NCBI GenBank assembly: GCA_949358305.1
Contig: OX442314.1
Span: 29,698,001-29,762,000 of the forward strand
Source: Strigamia acuminata
Taxonomy: Eukaryota
Direction of reading: 5' to 3'
DNA length: 64,000 bases
This document shows, one piece after another, positions 37,346 to 51,958 of this stretch. The position numbers were made by a program, and so were the translations under genes. Position 1 is the stretch's first letter. Every line of letters begins with the position of its first letter. Below the pieces are notes generated by a model that had not been told where the DNA came from, ran no database searches, and was given only the letters and a program-made list of their open reading frames with translations.

Positions 37346-37597
37346 TGTGCAGATCAGGCCTGGACTGGGTACAAATTTAGTATCGGGAAATCTGGATGGG
37401 TCGGGCCACAGGGACGGGCTACGGTGGGCAAGGGAAGGGCCATTGGGCTACAGGCCACTGGAAATTCCCGTTGGGTAGTTTCAAGAAGGATATAAGCAAT
37501 AAAAAAATAATACCTATTTTCTTCGATTCTAAGACGCCATCGATTGTAAGACGCACACTAATTTTAGTATCACCAACGGTTAAAAAAGCTTTGATTC

Positions 37598-37818
37598 TAT
37601 ACTCTGTCTCACTATAAGGTAGTAGGGAGTTCCGAGGCTGTTTACTCCCAACTGTTGCCTGTATACCACCACCAGGAAAAGTAGTTTTTTATGTTTTAAA
37701 TTTGGTCTGCACATCCAGTGCATTTTGGGTATTTTGGCCTACTTTTATGTATACATACACCAGTGAAATGGCTCGGCCAATAGGAACTCCCTACTACCTT
37801 ACAGTGAGGCAGAGTATA
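37598..37818. mobile_element. TATACTCT-ended MITE, nested in a pogo-like MITE (37511-37898)
   Basis: TATACTCTGTCTCACTATAAGGTAGTAGGGAGTTCC mirrored by GGAACTCCCTACTACCTTACAGTGAGGCAGAGTATA. Confidence 0.8.
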
Positions 37819-38892
37819 GGATTCGAGACGCACCCGGGGTCCGAAGAGGTGTTTATATGGGGAAAAAATTGCGTCTTGGAATCAAAGGAATTTGAGTAAT
37901 TTTTCAACCAGATGAACTGTCTGTACATAACGGGATGCAAAGTTTGAATTTAGCATCAAGATATCGGGCGTGGACTGTACTTGTAGAACCGCGCAGGAAT
38001 CATTAGCGCATATTGTTATGCAGAGAACGATTTTTATTTGTTGCTTAGTAAAAAGGAATGAAGGCGGTATTCAGAAAAATGTTTTGCACTACCCAATTTT
38101 AATCAAATTTTTGCATTTTGGGTGGATCGTTAAACAAAAATGTACCATTATTCCGATAATGCAAGCAGAATGACCGCCAAAGTTTTCAGACGAGATTAAA
38201 AAAAAAGTCCATCATTATTCTCAGGTGATTTGAAGAGTCTTGTCTATTTGCTGCTTTTTGCAAAAATGTGTGGAAAATTCAAAAGATTCATTTGTTAAAA
38301 ATTCTAAAAGCAAATATTGTTATATGTTTTGTGTGTACAGACCAGAAATAACAATGACATTAATAATTAAAAAGTGGATTTAGTATCTTAGTGTTCGTTC
38401 ATTGTTTCAATCAGGCATAAATTGATATCTCAAAGGCTTTTATTGTTGGAAAGAGAAATTTGATGGAAGCTTTAAAAAAAAGCCAGCCACGTCTAACATA
38501 TAGGAAATTCAATTACCTGAAGCAAACTGTGTATTGACTTTAACTTTTAATGTATAATGAGTGGTGGAAAACACTTTTAATAATATATACTCTGTTTTCG
38601 AAAGGAAAAGACTCACTCAGCACCTTTTGAAACGTATATCTCGCGATAGGTAGGCTTGTTGGAGCCAAATGAGGGGTCTGGAAAAAACGTCTTGACGAGT
38701 GCTTTTTTTTTCTAACTACAGATTGGAATATTCTCACAATGTGCTGATGTTGTGTTTTTCCTTTTGAAAACGGGGAATTATATTTCTGCAGATGTGTAAA
38801 GTCGAGTTATAGCAGTTGGAACAAGTGAAATACTGTAATTGGTGTGAAAGTAATTTGTTGGGATTGTCTCTTACAGGCTCTTGAAAGACACT

Positions 38893-39093
38893 TGTAATGA
38901 CACTAACATGACATTTCTTATTTGCTGTACACTTGTTCTAGTTATAGCCAATATTTCTTAAAGTAACTAGTAATATTGTTCTGTGCTTGGAATAAAGTTT
39001 ATCTTTGATTTTAAAATTAACGTAGTTTTAGTCATTGGTGCAGACGGGAACACATTCCCACGTATCACGTAACAAAGTGGTGGAGATGCGGGG
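38893..39093 (+). mobile_element. Truncated LTR element: short LTR plus tRNA-Ala PBS
   Basis: TGTAAT...AATAAA(38991)...TAACA(39074), then TGGTGGAGATGCGGGG (39078-39093), complementary to a tRNA-Ala 3' end; LTR 5' boundary uncertain. Confidence 0.55.
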
Positions 39094-39157
39094 CAAAAAA
39101 AGGGGGCATTGAAGACGGCCTTTATACGGTGCGGCTTGTACGCATAACAATGTGTAC

Positions 39158-39547
39158 TATACTCTGAGCTGACAAAACGTTGTTTTATTTCCCAATTGGT
39201 TGAGCTGGATTATGTCTAACTGTGGACTGTGCTCTACTAAGCAGAAATGTAGTTCTGTTTATTTTCAATGAATTTCAGTGTAAAAAGTGATTAGAATGAT
39301 GGATTTTATTTATTCGGTAATAAAATGTTTATTTTATTTGCTAAAATAAGCTTTTTTTCAGTTTTAATCAATCAAACAATGTTAGCATAGTTTGTTGGTT
39401 TCTTTTGGCAGGTAAACAAAGGTTTAGTTTTTTATTGGTTGTTTTGTCTAGTTAGATAACAATTCTGGTGTTATGGACTAATTTTTTGTGCCACGACACC
39501 AGTGATACGACTTGAGTTAGGACAACGTTGTCTCGGCTCAGAGTATA
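39158..39547. mobile_element. TATACTCT-ended MITE
   Basis: TATACTCTGAGCTGACAAAACGTTGT / ACAACGTTGTCTCGGCTCAGAGTATA. Confidence 0.75.
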
Positions 39548-40419
39548 TATTTTTACTTTTAGCATTGTCTGCATGCATAAATTAGAATAGAAGTAGAACT
39601 AAAAGGTGATTTGTCAATAGAACTAAAAGATGATTGGACAGTAGAGCTAAGCTTAAAAGGTGATAATATATATAATAAATTTGAACAAATAGAATGTAGG
39701 GAAAATGGTTGTTGGTATGGTTGTATTTAGCGGCTGTACTTTAAAAGTTGAAACTGTGCAATTCCTTAATTCTTTTAAACTTTTGCTTCCGTATAAACTA
39801 AACCTTTAGTCTCTCGAGCATTTGGGAACTTATGGTTTGACATGCACATATACATCATTTATATTATTTATATATATTACAAGAGGCATCACATCTATAG
39901 TAAGCTTAGACAGAAGTTGTTGGTTTTGTAATCTTATCAGCAAGTTTGAATTATGCATGTTGAGTGTATGAGGAAAATTGTAATTGTTAGTCTTATTAAA
40001 TTCTTATATTTATTATTTATTGATCACTTGTTTCCATTAGAACATATACGGGTTGAGTCAGTATTTGGACAAGTGACTGCTTGTTTTTCATCTGTGTCTG
40101 ATTAAGATGCTTTTTCTATGTCAGAAAGGTTTGCCCTCTGTCTCCAATGAGTCTTTGGTGGTTTTCGCAATTTTCGATGCAAATGAAAAAATGGGCGCTC
40201 AAGAAAGTCGTCAAAATTAATATCTGCAATGGACATGACCCTGTCATGCCGACACATAAAAATAGATCATGACTAGAACCCGGATATTTATGCAAAATAA
40301 AATTTGTTTTATTGTCATAAAATATGCATCAATATAGCCAATTTCGGCTTTTTATTGAATAAAAATAATTCCTATGCATTTATGCATTTATCGTGGCCTT
40401 AATCATGACTCTACATGTA

Positions 40420-40832
40420 TATACTCTAGTTGCAGTCAAAAAGGCACTTTACAATCTGTAGTCCCATTGGTCGAGACAGTTTACTGGTGTAGTGATCCAG
40501 AAAAGTAGACCCAAACATCAGAATTGCATTACAATGTACAGACATTGTAATCGATTGCTTAGGCAACTGCCAAAAATTCAAAATTGTTTACTCTCCAGAC
40601 ATAGTAACCAATAAACATAACAAAAATGAGTTTGACATTTTTATATGCGTAAAACTTCATTTCAATGATGGAAATAACATTTTTTAATAAGAAAAATCAA
40701 AATAACATTAACTAAACTAGTCATAACAAGCAAAACAATAAATAAAAATTAAAACTACTTCTCCTAGTAGTAGTATACAGTCTGGAGTTAGTAGTAAACT
40801 GTCTCGACCAATGGGACTGCAACTAGAGTATA
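40420..40832. mobile_element. TATACTCT-ended MITE
   Basis: TATACTCTAGTTGCAGTC...CCCATTGGTCGAGACAGTTTACT mirrored at the right end; interior is the reverse complement of the interior of 47378-47777. Confidence 0.8.
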
Positions 40833-43800
40833 GTCAAAGACGATTCCAACCTCAATACTGAATACCTCAAAGCTTCAAATTGTGGCCCAGCATTTATTTA
40901 TTTTTTGTACTTACACCACTGGCGGTTTTTCGGGCCGGGTGGATATTCGAAAAATTGCCGATTTTGGTAGATCCCGGCGTTTAAAAGGGTCCTGGCGCCT
41001 ATCAGAACCCGGCGCCAATTTGAAGCTTTAGGGTAATTGACTTAATTTAATCTTAGCATGTGATTAATTAACAATTATCGCTCAATCACACTAGGTGAAT
41101 TAACTGAAGATAATGAATTCAGTGTCACTAGGCACCACATGGACCACTGCACCATCAAAGAATGAGATGAAGTGGATTAGTTCATGGGTAATGGTACCAA
41201 AGGGAGTTAGGTGGAGCCGAGGAGTGCATTCTGAAAGAGTAAGACAGGATGTCCCAATGCAGGCACCGACCTCGGTGTACGTGCTCTGCAACTCCCTGCT
41301 AGTTATAGTGGTTACTGTTGAGGCTGGCTGGTCTGATAGGCCATCGGTTGGACATGGGATGATAGATGATAAGTAGACTGAGTATTCTACTGGGTAAAGT
41401 AGCCACACTGACCATGGTGCTATTGCATTGTGCTGAGTGGGCAGGATATCGAATAGAGCCTGTCCGGAAGATTTATACTGGGGAAAACAATTTAATTAGC
41501 AGCTGCATTTGAAAAGTCATTTAGACGAAAAGCTTATTTAAACGGCTTGACTGAGGATTATCTTGATGTAACTTAGAAAAAGGCGGCTGGTTTAGTCTGC
41601 TTTTTCTTGCAGTGGAATTTAAACGGCAAAACGTGTTCGACTGCAATTTTATGCTTTTCGAATTTTTAACAAATCAATAAAAATACAATAAAAATAAATA
41701 AAAATAAAATTAAAAAAACAATAAAAAACAATAAAAAGCTTACAAATCACGTTACCATTTCCATCCCTAAGATGAAATATTTCAGAAGTGTTTTCCATAT
41801 TTTTCTCACAATAAAAACCGGTAAAAAATACCGAACTAAAGCAGTATTCGGTATTCGGTTTTTTTTAAAAGAAAATACCGGTTTTTGATACCGGTAAATA
41901 CCGGTAGAGAAACCCTAGTTACAACTCATAACGTCATGAGTTGTACGTTATTTATTGTATCTCGTAATAATGAAATCTCGTTTTGCCGAGACCGAGATTC
42001 TGAGATAAAAAGGGACCGAGATCTCCGAGACCGAGATTACGAGATAAGCGAGATCTGGAAGCATACTTGTTGTGTCTTGGCTGTTAGCTGCTGGGGCTGT
42101 CAATTTCATTGCAAATATTCTGTTACAAATAATGTAATACAACTTCTGTTTGGTTTGCAAAACTAAAGCAACAACTCTTTGTTACATCCAATTTGCTAAT
42201 TTAATATGCAAAGTATTGGAGGAAGTTGTGAACAGAAATAATGCAATTACGAGTATTTGAAGGTAAAATGGATACAAATTTGCTTGAGTAGTTAAACAAT
42301 ATTAACCCAACAGTTAAAACTAACCTGGTCAATTGAAAATGTTATTAAATTTCACCACATCTCATGTAGCGTATCAAATTAAATAGAACAGTGGCAATAA
42401 CAAACTTGAAATTATGTCACAAGTTTTCAATTTGCTAATATGTTCTACACATAATGTAGATTTATGGCCCTTTTATTTTTTTAGTGACACTGAATTACAG
42501 AAATGAAATTCCAGCACTGAATGACTGAAATCACCAAGTGAACCTCGACAAACTTAGGAAGAAAATATTATCACAAGTGCATAAAAATTAAAAAGTAGCT
42601 GAAAATAAATTTAATTTAATTTAATAATTTAAATTCTTATTGAATAAAGTTGTGATGAATCATTTCCAGAGGAATCAATTAATGAAGAAATGGAAGAAAT
42701 TTGTGTTGAAAAATGCAGTGGCGAAACAATTATTTGAATTAAGAGACTTAATCATTTCTAAATTGACTCCAATGAAATTTTGTTTGCAAATTATTTTACG
42801 TCAGGATAAATTGGTTAGGTTGCCTACAGGTTTTAAGACCGGGGAATACATTTCGGTATTTATAAAACAGATTGCATTGGCAAGCAAGCAGATTAAATTT
42901 GAGGATTGTTAAATTAATAACTCGCAGTAATGGATTTTGTCGAAATCGCTTGTGATATAAAATGGTGATGTTCGCAGGATGAGAAATAAGTAGCCACACG
43001 GTTTGAGGTAAAAAGTACAACTAACTCTTTATTCTTAAGCTAAGTATACATGATCTGATTCCTTGCACGGGAATGGTCTCTTTCCTGAGTGGCCAGAATT
43101 TTTGGTCGACGTGGTACACATAGTTCCGCTTACCACACACGGAAACTTTCTGGCGACTGGAATTTTATTCCTTCCGGCAGTGATGGTGCATGGAAAAATT
43201 CAATCGTTTTCCCGCATGACCAAATTCTGAGTACCCAGAATGCATTGTGGTAATGCGATCAATCGTGACCGGTCGTATAAAAGACGGAGGTGGATACTGA
43301 ATACAAAGACATATTACTAAAAATGTTTGATTAATTTATTTTATAATTTATTATTAATTATTAATTTAGAAATACTGTAATCTATTTATTTTGCACAATC
43401 GTACGATATTTTGTAAAAGTGGTCGCCATTTGTAATTACAACACGTCCACGGATTGCGTGTACCAAACAATTTCCACACACGCAAAGACACAGCCAAACA
43501 CACGGGCGGAATCATTTCGTTTGCGGCGAGACAACCTGAAAATTCAGACTCTGAATATTGTGACTGAAAGCATTTTATAAGTTAGACGGAGACAACTCTC
43601 GGTCAAGCCGTTTAAAAATGCAGTTTAGTCTAAATGACTTCTCAAAAGCAGCTAGTGTTTTATGAGGCTTCGAGAAAGAAAATTCTCATCTTGAACGCGC
43701 ATGCTAGACCCCCTGCACAACTTTTGCATTTGACCCCGCAAACTTTAGCGCCGACACTGGGAGTTGGATTGGTATCCCGGTCAGATTCCGTGAAGGTCTG

Positions 43801-45967
43801 TTCGCTGCCAACATGATATGAATAGCAAGAGCATATTATCTCGGACCTGGGCTGTGTGCGGCATCCCATGCAGATGCATTTGACGGAGATGGACAGACCT
43901 TATCGCGCGGTATGACTCAGCAATAAGGAGGGTCATCACTGTAATGGTGACGGCAAAACGCGTCTTACAAGCAACTAATGTGTCAGTAAAGTCACTTCAA
44001 GGTGGATAGAGTGCAGCCTTAGTAAAATGGAGATTTTATAAAGCCGGAAATGAGGTTATTTGATGAAAAATCTCGCCGTCTAGGGGTCAAATAAGCAATC
44101 TCCTCAACTGTTGTGTTGTAACTGAAATGTGAGATCGGTATCTCACATTTAATTGTATTCGCGGTTGTTGGTTAAGCCAAGAGGTTCGGAGTTTGTAGTT
44201 CTGCAGGTGTAAATTTCAATGCTGGATAATGAAGAAGACAGATGGAGGTGAAACGAGTGCGTTTGCTACAAGCAAAAGGTCAGGACAGAGCTCTAAACAG
44301 GAAGTGGGGATTGGTGCAGTGGATTGTGGGATTCGTGCAGAAGTCAGCGACTGCTATGTAATGTATCCCGGATTGTATAGAAATATATTTTACAAGGTAT
44401 TGTTTTTCAGTTTTAATACATTTAAAAATGTATAGCATTTCATGGAATTAAGTATATTATTTGTTCGTTAAATAAAGCATTTTATAATACAGTGTAGCCT
44501 CGATTATCGGAACACCGGTTATTGGAACATCGGTTATACGAACGATAGGATATCCAAACAGTAGCTGCATTCAAAAATAAAAATAACAATTTTAGTTTAA
44601 GTGTATTTTAAGTTTTAACATGAGTTTAAATGGGGAATGATGTCATTTTTGTTTTAAAATTGAAGTAAAACGCAAAATATTTTAGTTTTTTAATGTAGCG
44701 AGTAGTAAGCGATTTTTTTAATCGATTTTTAATGTTTTTTTGTCCATTTTTATCCGTTTTTATGCATTTTTGGTTGGTTTTAATGCTTTTTAATTATGTT
44801 TTAAGGCCATAAACATAAGTGTTCAAGGAAATGACATCACAAAACACAAACACCTAAAACACTTAAAACATGACTTTTTAAATGCACTTATTGCAATTTA
44901 AAGTGAAAAAAAAATATTGTTTTCTGAAATCATGTGATATTTGTGTTGATTTGTTGCAAGTCTTGCGAAATAAAAGCTAGACTGTAGGTGGCACCTGCAA
45001 CATCCATAAAAGTTGCAGTCAAGTATGACCGGTATCTCTTCTCTTAAATACAAGAGCAAATTAACAAGTGAATTAGTGTTGTACATAATTATGCAAATGA
45101 TTCCTTGCCTCCTGTAAAGTTGACTTGTGCTTTGTAGAAGTTGGCCAGCAGCCATCACAACACAAATTTGTGTTGGAAAACAAATTATGTGGACAGGTAA
45201 ATGCTGCAGATGAAATGCGCCAAACATATTGCATGCAAATTTCATTGGTGGTTTATTAAAGAAAACAAAAAAATAATGTTTTTAAAAAATTTAATTTTTT
45301 TTTTATTTGGTTTAGAATTCCAGCATGTTTTAAACGAGTATGAATTATTTAAAAGAGACTTGAGTAGCAATGATAATGCACTACCAGATAAACATTTTCA
45401 CCAATTTTTATTTTTATTGCTTCAATTCTTTTGAATGCGAAAGCTTAGCGTTTTAAAATGGAAAAGTAAGGAATGTTAGCTTGAAATTTTAATGTTGTCT
45501 GCGTTTTGTAATGCATGAGTTTGTAATAAAATGAGAGTAAGAGACTGGGATTAAGTCTTAGGCTTATTTGCAAGGTTTTTTTTTTGGTTTATTATTATAG
45601 TGAGTAAAGTGTATGAGAAAAGAGTAACAAAGGAAATTAAAACAATTTTTTTTTTAATTTTCTTATTTTTGTAATGAATGTTTACATTTTTAATTTGAGA
45701 TTGAAATAAAGTTGGGAGTAAAAAGTTTGTGGTTTTAATTGCAAGGTGATGCAAATGAACAGTTAGAGACATGTATTGTTGTTTCTTATGTAGATTTGAA
45801 TTAATTATTAATGCTGATGATTAAAAACCTAAAGCAGCTTTGCTGTCTAAACACATGTCTCATTCTCCGTGAAATGTAACGGCGACAATTGAGGAGTTTT
45901 AATTCCATATATACTAAGTTAGAGATATAGTTCAAATATGTAGTATTCTGGCCAAAAAAATTGTGGT

Positions 45968-46358
45968 ACTGTACTGTCTTGAATAAGGGCCGGGCGTAAT
46001 TAAGCGCCGGCTCTCGATTAAGCGCGCCCCGAATAAACGCTGGGCTTGTTTAAACGCCGGGTTTATTGTAAATTTGTAATTTGTTTGGATGACGTTTTAT
46101 GTCTATACCGTACACGTACATGTAACATACTTGTACAGTAGAAATGAGCTATTTAACACTCCTTCATTGTTTCACTGCTGCATTTCTACCATTAACACAG
46201 CGAAACGTGCATACAACCACAAATTTTTTATAACTTGTTATTTTAAACTTTTTTTTCGAATAGACGCCTGGCTCAAATAATCGCCGGGCTTTGAATAAGC
46301 GGGCGGGCGAGTCGAAAAAAATATAAGCGCCTGGGCGTTTATTCAAGGCAGTACGGTA
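45968..46358. mobile_element. pogo/Tigger-like MITE
   Basis: TACTGTACTGTCTTGAATAAGGGCC / GGCGTTTATTCAAGGCAGTACGGTA; related fragments at ~21115, ~40860-41035 and ~54575. Confidence 0.7.
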
Positions 46359-47377
46359 TTTTTCCTTCAATTGATATCTTGCACAAAAAAAGTATTGTTA
46401 ACATTTTTGTTAACAATAGTAAAAGGAATACAGTCGAACCTCGTTATAACGAACCACGATGTAACGAATTCCTTGTTGGACCCCGGATATTTATGCAAAA
46501 TAAAATTTGTTTTATGCGCATAAAATATGCACCAATAATTCCATTTAATGCAAAATAAAAATAAAAATTTGTAAAATAAAAAAAATTATATTAGTGAAAT
46601 CAGGTGTTTAAATAATGCCATTTCAAAGTGTTCTTGATGTAAATGAATTATAATTAGTAATTACAATTTATTTTTTTCTATTTTTGAAATCTGTCTTAGG
46701 CGATCACTCACGGTGTCAATAATATGTGATGTAGCCGGCCAAAGTTTCACTCGTATTCCTGTACATTGTTTTATACAAAATTGAACAGCCGGTTTATGTA
46801 AGCTGACATACTGTGCATGTGGTTGAAATATGCTTTTATCATTGATCGTGTTGTCTACAGCGCTCTTAATGAAAATTAAATGGACGGTAGATACAAAAAC
46901 CATTAGGTTTTGTTTACGACGGCATTCGCATCTCAACTTCTTGATGTTAACTGATGCGAGATTGCTGAATGGTTATGGTTGAAAGTGCCAAGTCGAAATG
47001 GCATAATTATATTGTTGCGTCTGACTTGAATTTGAAACAATTAGCTGGATATCTAGAAATTTGGGGCTATCAGTTTGCTACGGTAGTAACTCCGAAAAGC
47101 CGTAAAACTGAAGCGAGAGTTTGGTCCCGGATTAATGTCTAGACTTTTATTGACTAAATAAATATTGCTCTACAACTTTGTAATTGGATAATAATGTCTA
47201 TCTTTAACGGTTTAAAAAAAAAACACTGAAATTTATTGAAACAATGATCATAGGCAATTTTCATTGTTACCATTAAATTTGCCACACTAGATTTGCTACA
47301 ATTACACCCATACAATTTAATTGTAAATGCCCAATTGTACGAAATTGGAAAAGATGATGTTTCCGAAGACGCGGCTT

Positions 47378-47777
47378 TATACTCTTGTTCGACTCAAAAG
47401 GGTGGCCTTCTCCCATTGGCCGAGCCGCATTACTCCTAACTCCAGTTGTATTACTACCACTAGGAGAAGTAGTTTTTTATTATGACCATTTAAATTGATA
47501 TAATTTTAATTGTATTTTATTATAGATGTTATTTCCATTCAGGAAATAAAGTTTTATGCACATATAAATGTAAAACTCATGTTTGTTCTGTTTATTGGTT
47601 GCTTTGTCTGGAAAGCAAACAGTTTTGAAATTTTGGCTGTTACATAGGCAATCGATTACAATGTCTGTACATTGTAATGCATTTCTGGTGTTTGGGTCTA
47701 TATTTTTGAATCACTACACCAGTGATACGGCTCGGCCAATGGGAGAAGGCCACCCTTTTGAGTCGAACAAGAGTATA
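47378..47777. mobile_element. TATACTCT-ended MITE
   Basis: Perfect ~50-bp TIR TATACTCTTGTTCGACTCAAAAGGGTGGCCTTCTCCCATTGGCCGAGCCG. Confidence 0.88.
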
Positions 47778-48770
47778 GTTGTGGAGATTAAACCTACGTC
47801 AAACATCATTTGAAGCAATATTTCAGAATGTTTTATGGCTTTTATTACTTTAACGCATCACCGGTATCGTAAAATGGATATTAAATTTTCTGCATAATGT
47901 GAGCGTCAATAAAGCGTCAATATTGACAGCGCATTAATCATCACGTTATACAGCGTGAAAATATGCAGTTAATGAGGTTTAATCAGGGAGATTGCAAACC
48001 CATTTGTGTCGAGCACGTCGGATGTGGGATTGTCTTAAAATGAAATAGGAACCAAGAAGGGTTTTAGAGGATTGACACAGTGGAAAACAAGACATTGGAT
48101 TGTAAGTTGTCGCCGGTTTTTCCAAACTTATGATTCGTCGGTCGTGGAGAGATGGAATCCGCCAAGAATGTTTCAGTGGGAGAGTGCAGTAGGAAGTGGA
48201 GTTGAAATAAAAGTATCAGTCAACTTGTTTTTCGATTTTTCTTTGCGCCAATAACAACGGAGTGTTCATAGCGACAGTTAATTTTGCATTTCTGGTTGAA
48301 ATTCTAGTCAAATTACAGCATGCTTGAGGGGAGTTGAGTGCTTTGGACACAAGGGAGAAACAATGAAAAATGTTAGAGAATGGTGCATTCCATTTTTTAG
48401 ATTGTATTTTCAAAAGCAGTTGGATTATTGTTTTAATAATGGAAATGCACAATAGTTTTAGATGAATGCCACATGCAGCTTTTGCTCTTTGGAACATATG
48501 ACAATTCTGATAAAATGTGGGTACTGTTGTAACTGTGGCGCGACGTAGAACTACGTGGGGAGGGGATTGTTTGTTGTGTTTTTAGCACCATTTCTTGATG
48601 GGAATTATTTTCCATCGTGGCATTATAGTTGCTGGTTGTTACTTCCGCTACATGGATGGTGTTGGATTGTCCTCAAATACTATGTTTACATGCGTGGAAT
48701 ATTTCGAGTGTTATGAAATATTCCGTGTGCACAACTGTCATGTAAACAGGGATGACAAGGATTATTCGAG

Positions 48771-49170
48771 TATATGCTGTCCATGTGTAACTTGGGCCTA
48801 TTTCCGATTGGCTGAGCCTCATAACTCACTCTGTGCTGCCACCAGGAAAAATAGTTCAGAGTGGTTTTAAATTTGTTTAATGATTTTAATCATTGAAATG
48901 ATGTAATGTTGTTTGTATTTTCTAAGAAAATGTATCTTGAAGTCATAAAATAAAGATTTATGTAGATTTATTTCAACATCCCTGTTTATTAAGTTTATTG
49001 CTTGCTTCTTCCAGGGAACAAAACAATTTTAAAATTTTTTTTATTGGTTGTTTTGTTTAGAAAGCAGTCAAAATGGCAACCATTGTTTTGATATATTTTT
49101 GGTATCACTACACAAGTGAAAAGGCTCAGCCAATCGGAAATAGACCCAAGTTATACATGGACAAAGTGTA
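48771..49170. mobile_element. TATACTCT-type MITE, copy A
   Basis: About 45-bp TIRs; highly similar along its whole length to 51959-52357. Confidence 0.85.
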
Positions 49171-50924
49171 GTCAGGAGGTTCAATAGAGGTCAATGAAGC
49201 CGGTGTGTGATTTATACAGAGTATAGTGAATAATCCCTCGCAGAAGGTTGTTTAATTCGAGTGAACTCAAACTATTTTTATTGCCCATGCGCGCACGGGG
49301 CAAGCTGAATTGCACATGGGCAGGTGCTCACTAGGCTAATCTGGCTAATTCTAAAAGCGTGTTTGAATCTGGTCAAGATTCCAAAGACCGTTTGCGGTAT
49401 TAGTGAATGGAGCCTTCTGTGGGACGACTTTCTTGAGGACTTAACCTTGCATTTGCACCGAGAGCTATAGAAAGCACAGAAAACGAGTTGGTAGCAGGTG
49501 GCATCAGATGCTTTTGTGCATTGTTGCAGATAAGAATGAGAAACTAGTGGTATACTATTAGGTCACCAGTAGGTCATGGTCACTTATCAAAATGAAGATT
49601 AGGCCTAATGTTGCTTAACTTGTATGTACAAATGAGAAGAGGTGATGATCATGGTGAGCCATTACTATCCTGCCGCATTAAGGAAGGGGAAATCGGTTAC
49701 TTGGAGCAAAGATACAAAGAGAAGACAATAAATGTGTATGTTGTATTATTGAAACTTTTACTTAATCAGAAACAGTGATAAAATTTTCATAAAAAACGAA
49801 CAGATGTGATTTTCCAAAGAGGAGAATGGAGGACATGGATAACTAATGGTGCCATCTGTTGCTGGAAACATGGAACAATGGAATTTTTTATTTTTCTTTG
49901 TATATCTTTGCTACAATTAGATTGACTCCTGGTTTGTTGATACAATGCTTCGCTGAAGAATTGGCATCAAAAGAAGTGGTAAAACAATTGTTGTAATGCA
50001 TGCAGTTCCTTTTCAATCACTTTTCAATAGCAGAGTGTTGGTTTGTTATTGACATTTTGTATCAAGTGTGTCAAAACTTTGTGGTCATAAGCTTGATCTC
50101 ATCACATGGTTGATTGACTATTGGGATTAGATATTTGTCCATTGGACTTTGGGGTTTGTCACCAGTTTATCCTGGCCATTTACTCAGATTACCTGATATT
50201 GGTTTTCCGTCGGCATTTATCAAATTTGTCTGCATCAACATGCAGTGAAATATCTATTTTTCAATTGCTTCCATGTATTTAAAATCAACAATTGTCTCTG
50301 CTTGAGATTTTGTGCAACAATATAGTTAAAGCCTGATTCACACTAGCAAGTAATGTATCAAGAAAGCTTTGTTTTTGCTTTTTTCATTGTTGTTGCTTGT
50401 TTAGTGCAAGAATGAAAGATCATACCACAAAAATCAGATATTTAAACTTTGTGTTAAGGCTAGTTTACAATGCTGCAAATTGTTGCTTGCAATCATACGA
50501 AGCACAGACAATTGGTTGCGCAATACGGCGTTTTGCACGTAAATTGTTTGGAAAAAAGTGAATCGAAAGTTTTCAAATCTGAATTTGCTTTGCTGCATTG
50601 TGAAGAGAAACATTGTGCAACAATTAAAGTGCGCTAGTCGCTTAACAGCATTGTAAACAAGAAGAAAATTCTTGCTCGTCGGACCAACGGGCAAGAATTT
50701 TCTTATTCTTTCCTGATGTGGTAATAGCGGGTGAGTACTAGTATTCAAAATTGTGGCAACAAAGGAAAAGACCATGAACTTTCTTGTATGTTATCACAAA
50801 GGTCCTGCATTGAAAAATGTTTAATTATTACATCACAAGGTCAAATATACGGTTAAGTGTCTTTGTTGTTCGAACAAGTCGGGTCGACATCAAAGTTCGT
50901 CACGGTTTGTGATTCTGTTGGAAT

Positions 50925-51000
50925 CTCGGGTAGCTTAATTGATAGAGCACCAGTCTGGCAAATGGGGGATCTGGATTTGACTCCCACTTCAGGACTCCTT
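50925..51000 (+). other. tRNA-derived relic (A-box/B-box-like)
   Basis: TAGCTTAATTGATAGAGCA ... GGATTTGACTCCC; cloverleaf not intact. Confidence 0.35.
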
Positions 51001-51163
51001 AGTCTGAGCCATTTTGTTTTTGCAACCAGAAATTTGTTAGTGGGAATATACTGGTGACCCAAACATGCGCATAACAGCTGTGCATTGTTTAATCCAATAT
51101 AGATGGGGCATTGTTGTAGGTGAAGAAGCTATTGGACTGGTGGAATATGTCAAGTGACACAAT

Positions 51164-51893
51164 AGGCGCATTCGAAAAGTAATTTGCACTAAACGACCAG
51201 TGCAACTGGTAGTGTAAATTTCAAGTTAAACGACCCAATTTTCGAGTTTCAAAATAAATTTCTGTGTAAAATTCAGTAGTGTAAATTCAAGTGTAAATAT
51301 TAAATTAGTCCAAATAATAACCATAGTCATTATTGTTGTTTTTTACTCTAAAAAAAAACAGGAGATTATAAAAACATGATTATAAAATGTAAATTTATTT
51401 TAATTATTTGTATTATTAATATTTATTTCCGAACGGGAATCGGCTGAACAGCCGCCTCAATCGCACAAATGCGGCCGAACACCGGCCGCATTAGATCGCA
51501 CAAACGCGGCCGAACGTCGGCCGAACGTCGGCCGCATTCGATTGTACAAATGCGGCCGAACGTCGGTCGAACGTCGGCCGTATTCGATCGTACAAATGCG
51601 ATCGAACATCGGTCGCATTCGATCGCAAGAATGCGGCTAATACCTGCTAAAAAATTGTTCTTGCGATCGACATTGTTCCAACCGATCTAACGAAAATCCA
51701 AGATGGCTGCCAGCAAGACCCGATTTTAACGAGAAAACTCGTTGCACGGAGATTTTAAACGGAAACGTGGCGTACAGGCCGTTTCCGTTTAACCAGTTTA
51801 CACGACATTTACACGAATTAATTCGTGTAAATGTCGTGTGAAAACGAGTGTAAACACGTTTACACTCGTTTTAATGACTTTTCGAATGCGCCT
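51164..51893. mobile_element. MITE with 3-bp TSD (Harbinger-like) containing a GC-rich tandem array
   Basis: AAT|AGGCGCATTCGAAAAGT ... ACTTTTCGAATGCGCCT|AAT; internal CGGCCGAACGT-based 11/33/44-bp repeats at 51440-51640. Confidence 0.75.
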
Positions 51894-51958
51894 AATGTGT
51901 CACATGACACATGCGAAGCAAATTTAGAATTGAAAATTGTTGCACAAAATGTGGCGCA

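Noticed and set aside
41100..41408. 102-aa and 87-aa ORFs in a GC-richer patch
   Set aside because: No recognisable domain or clear splice signals; probably an old TE fragment.
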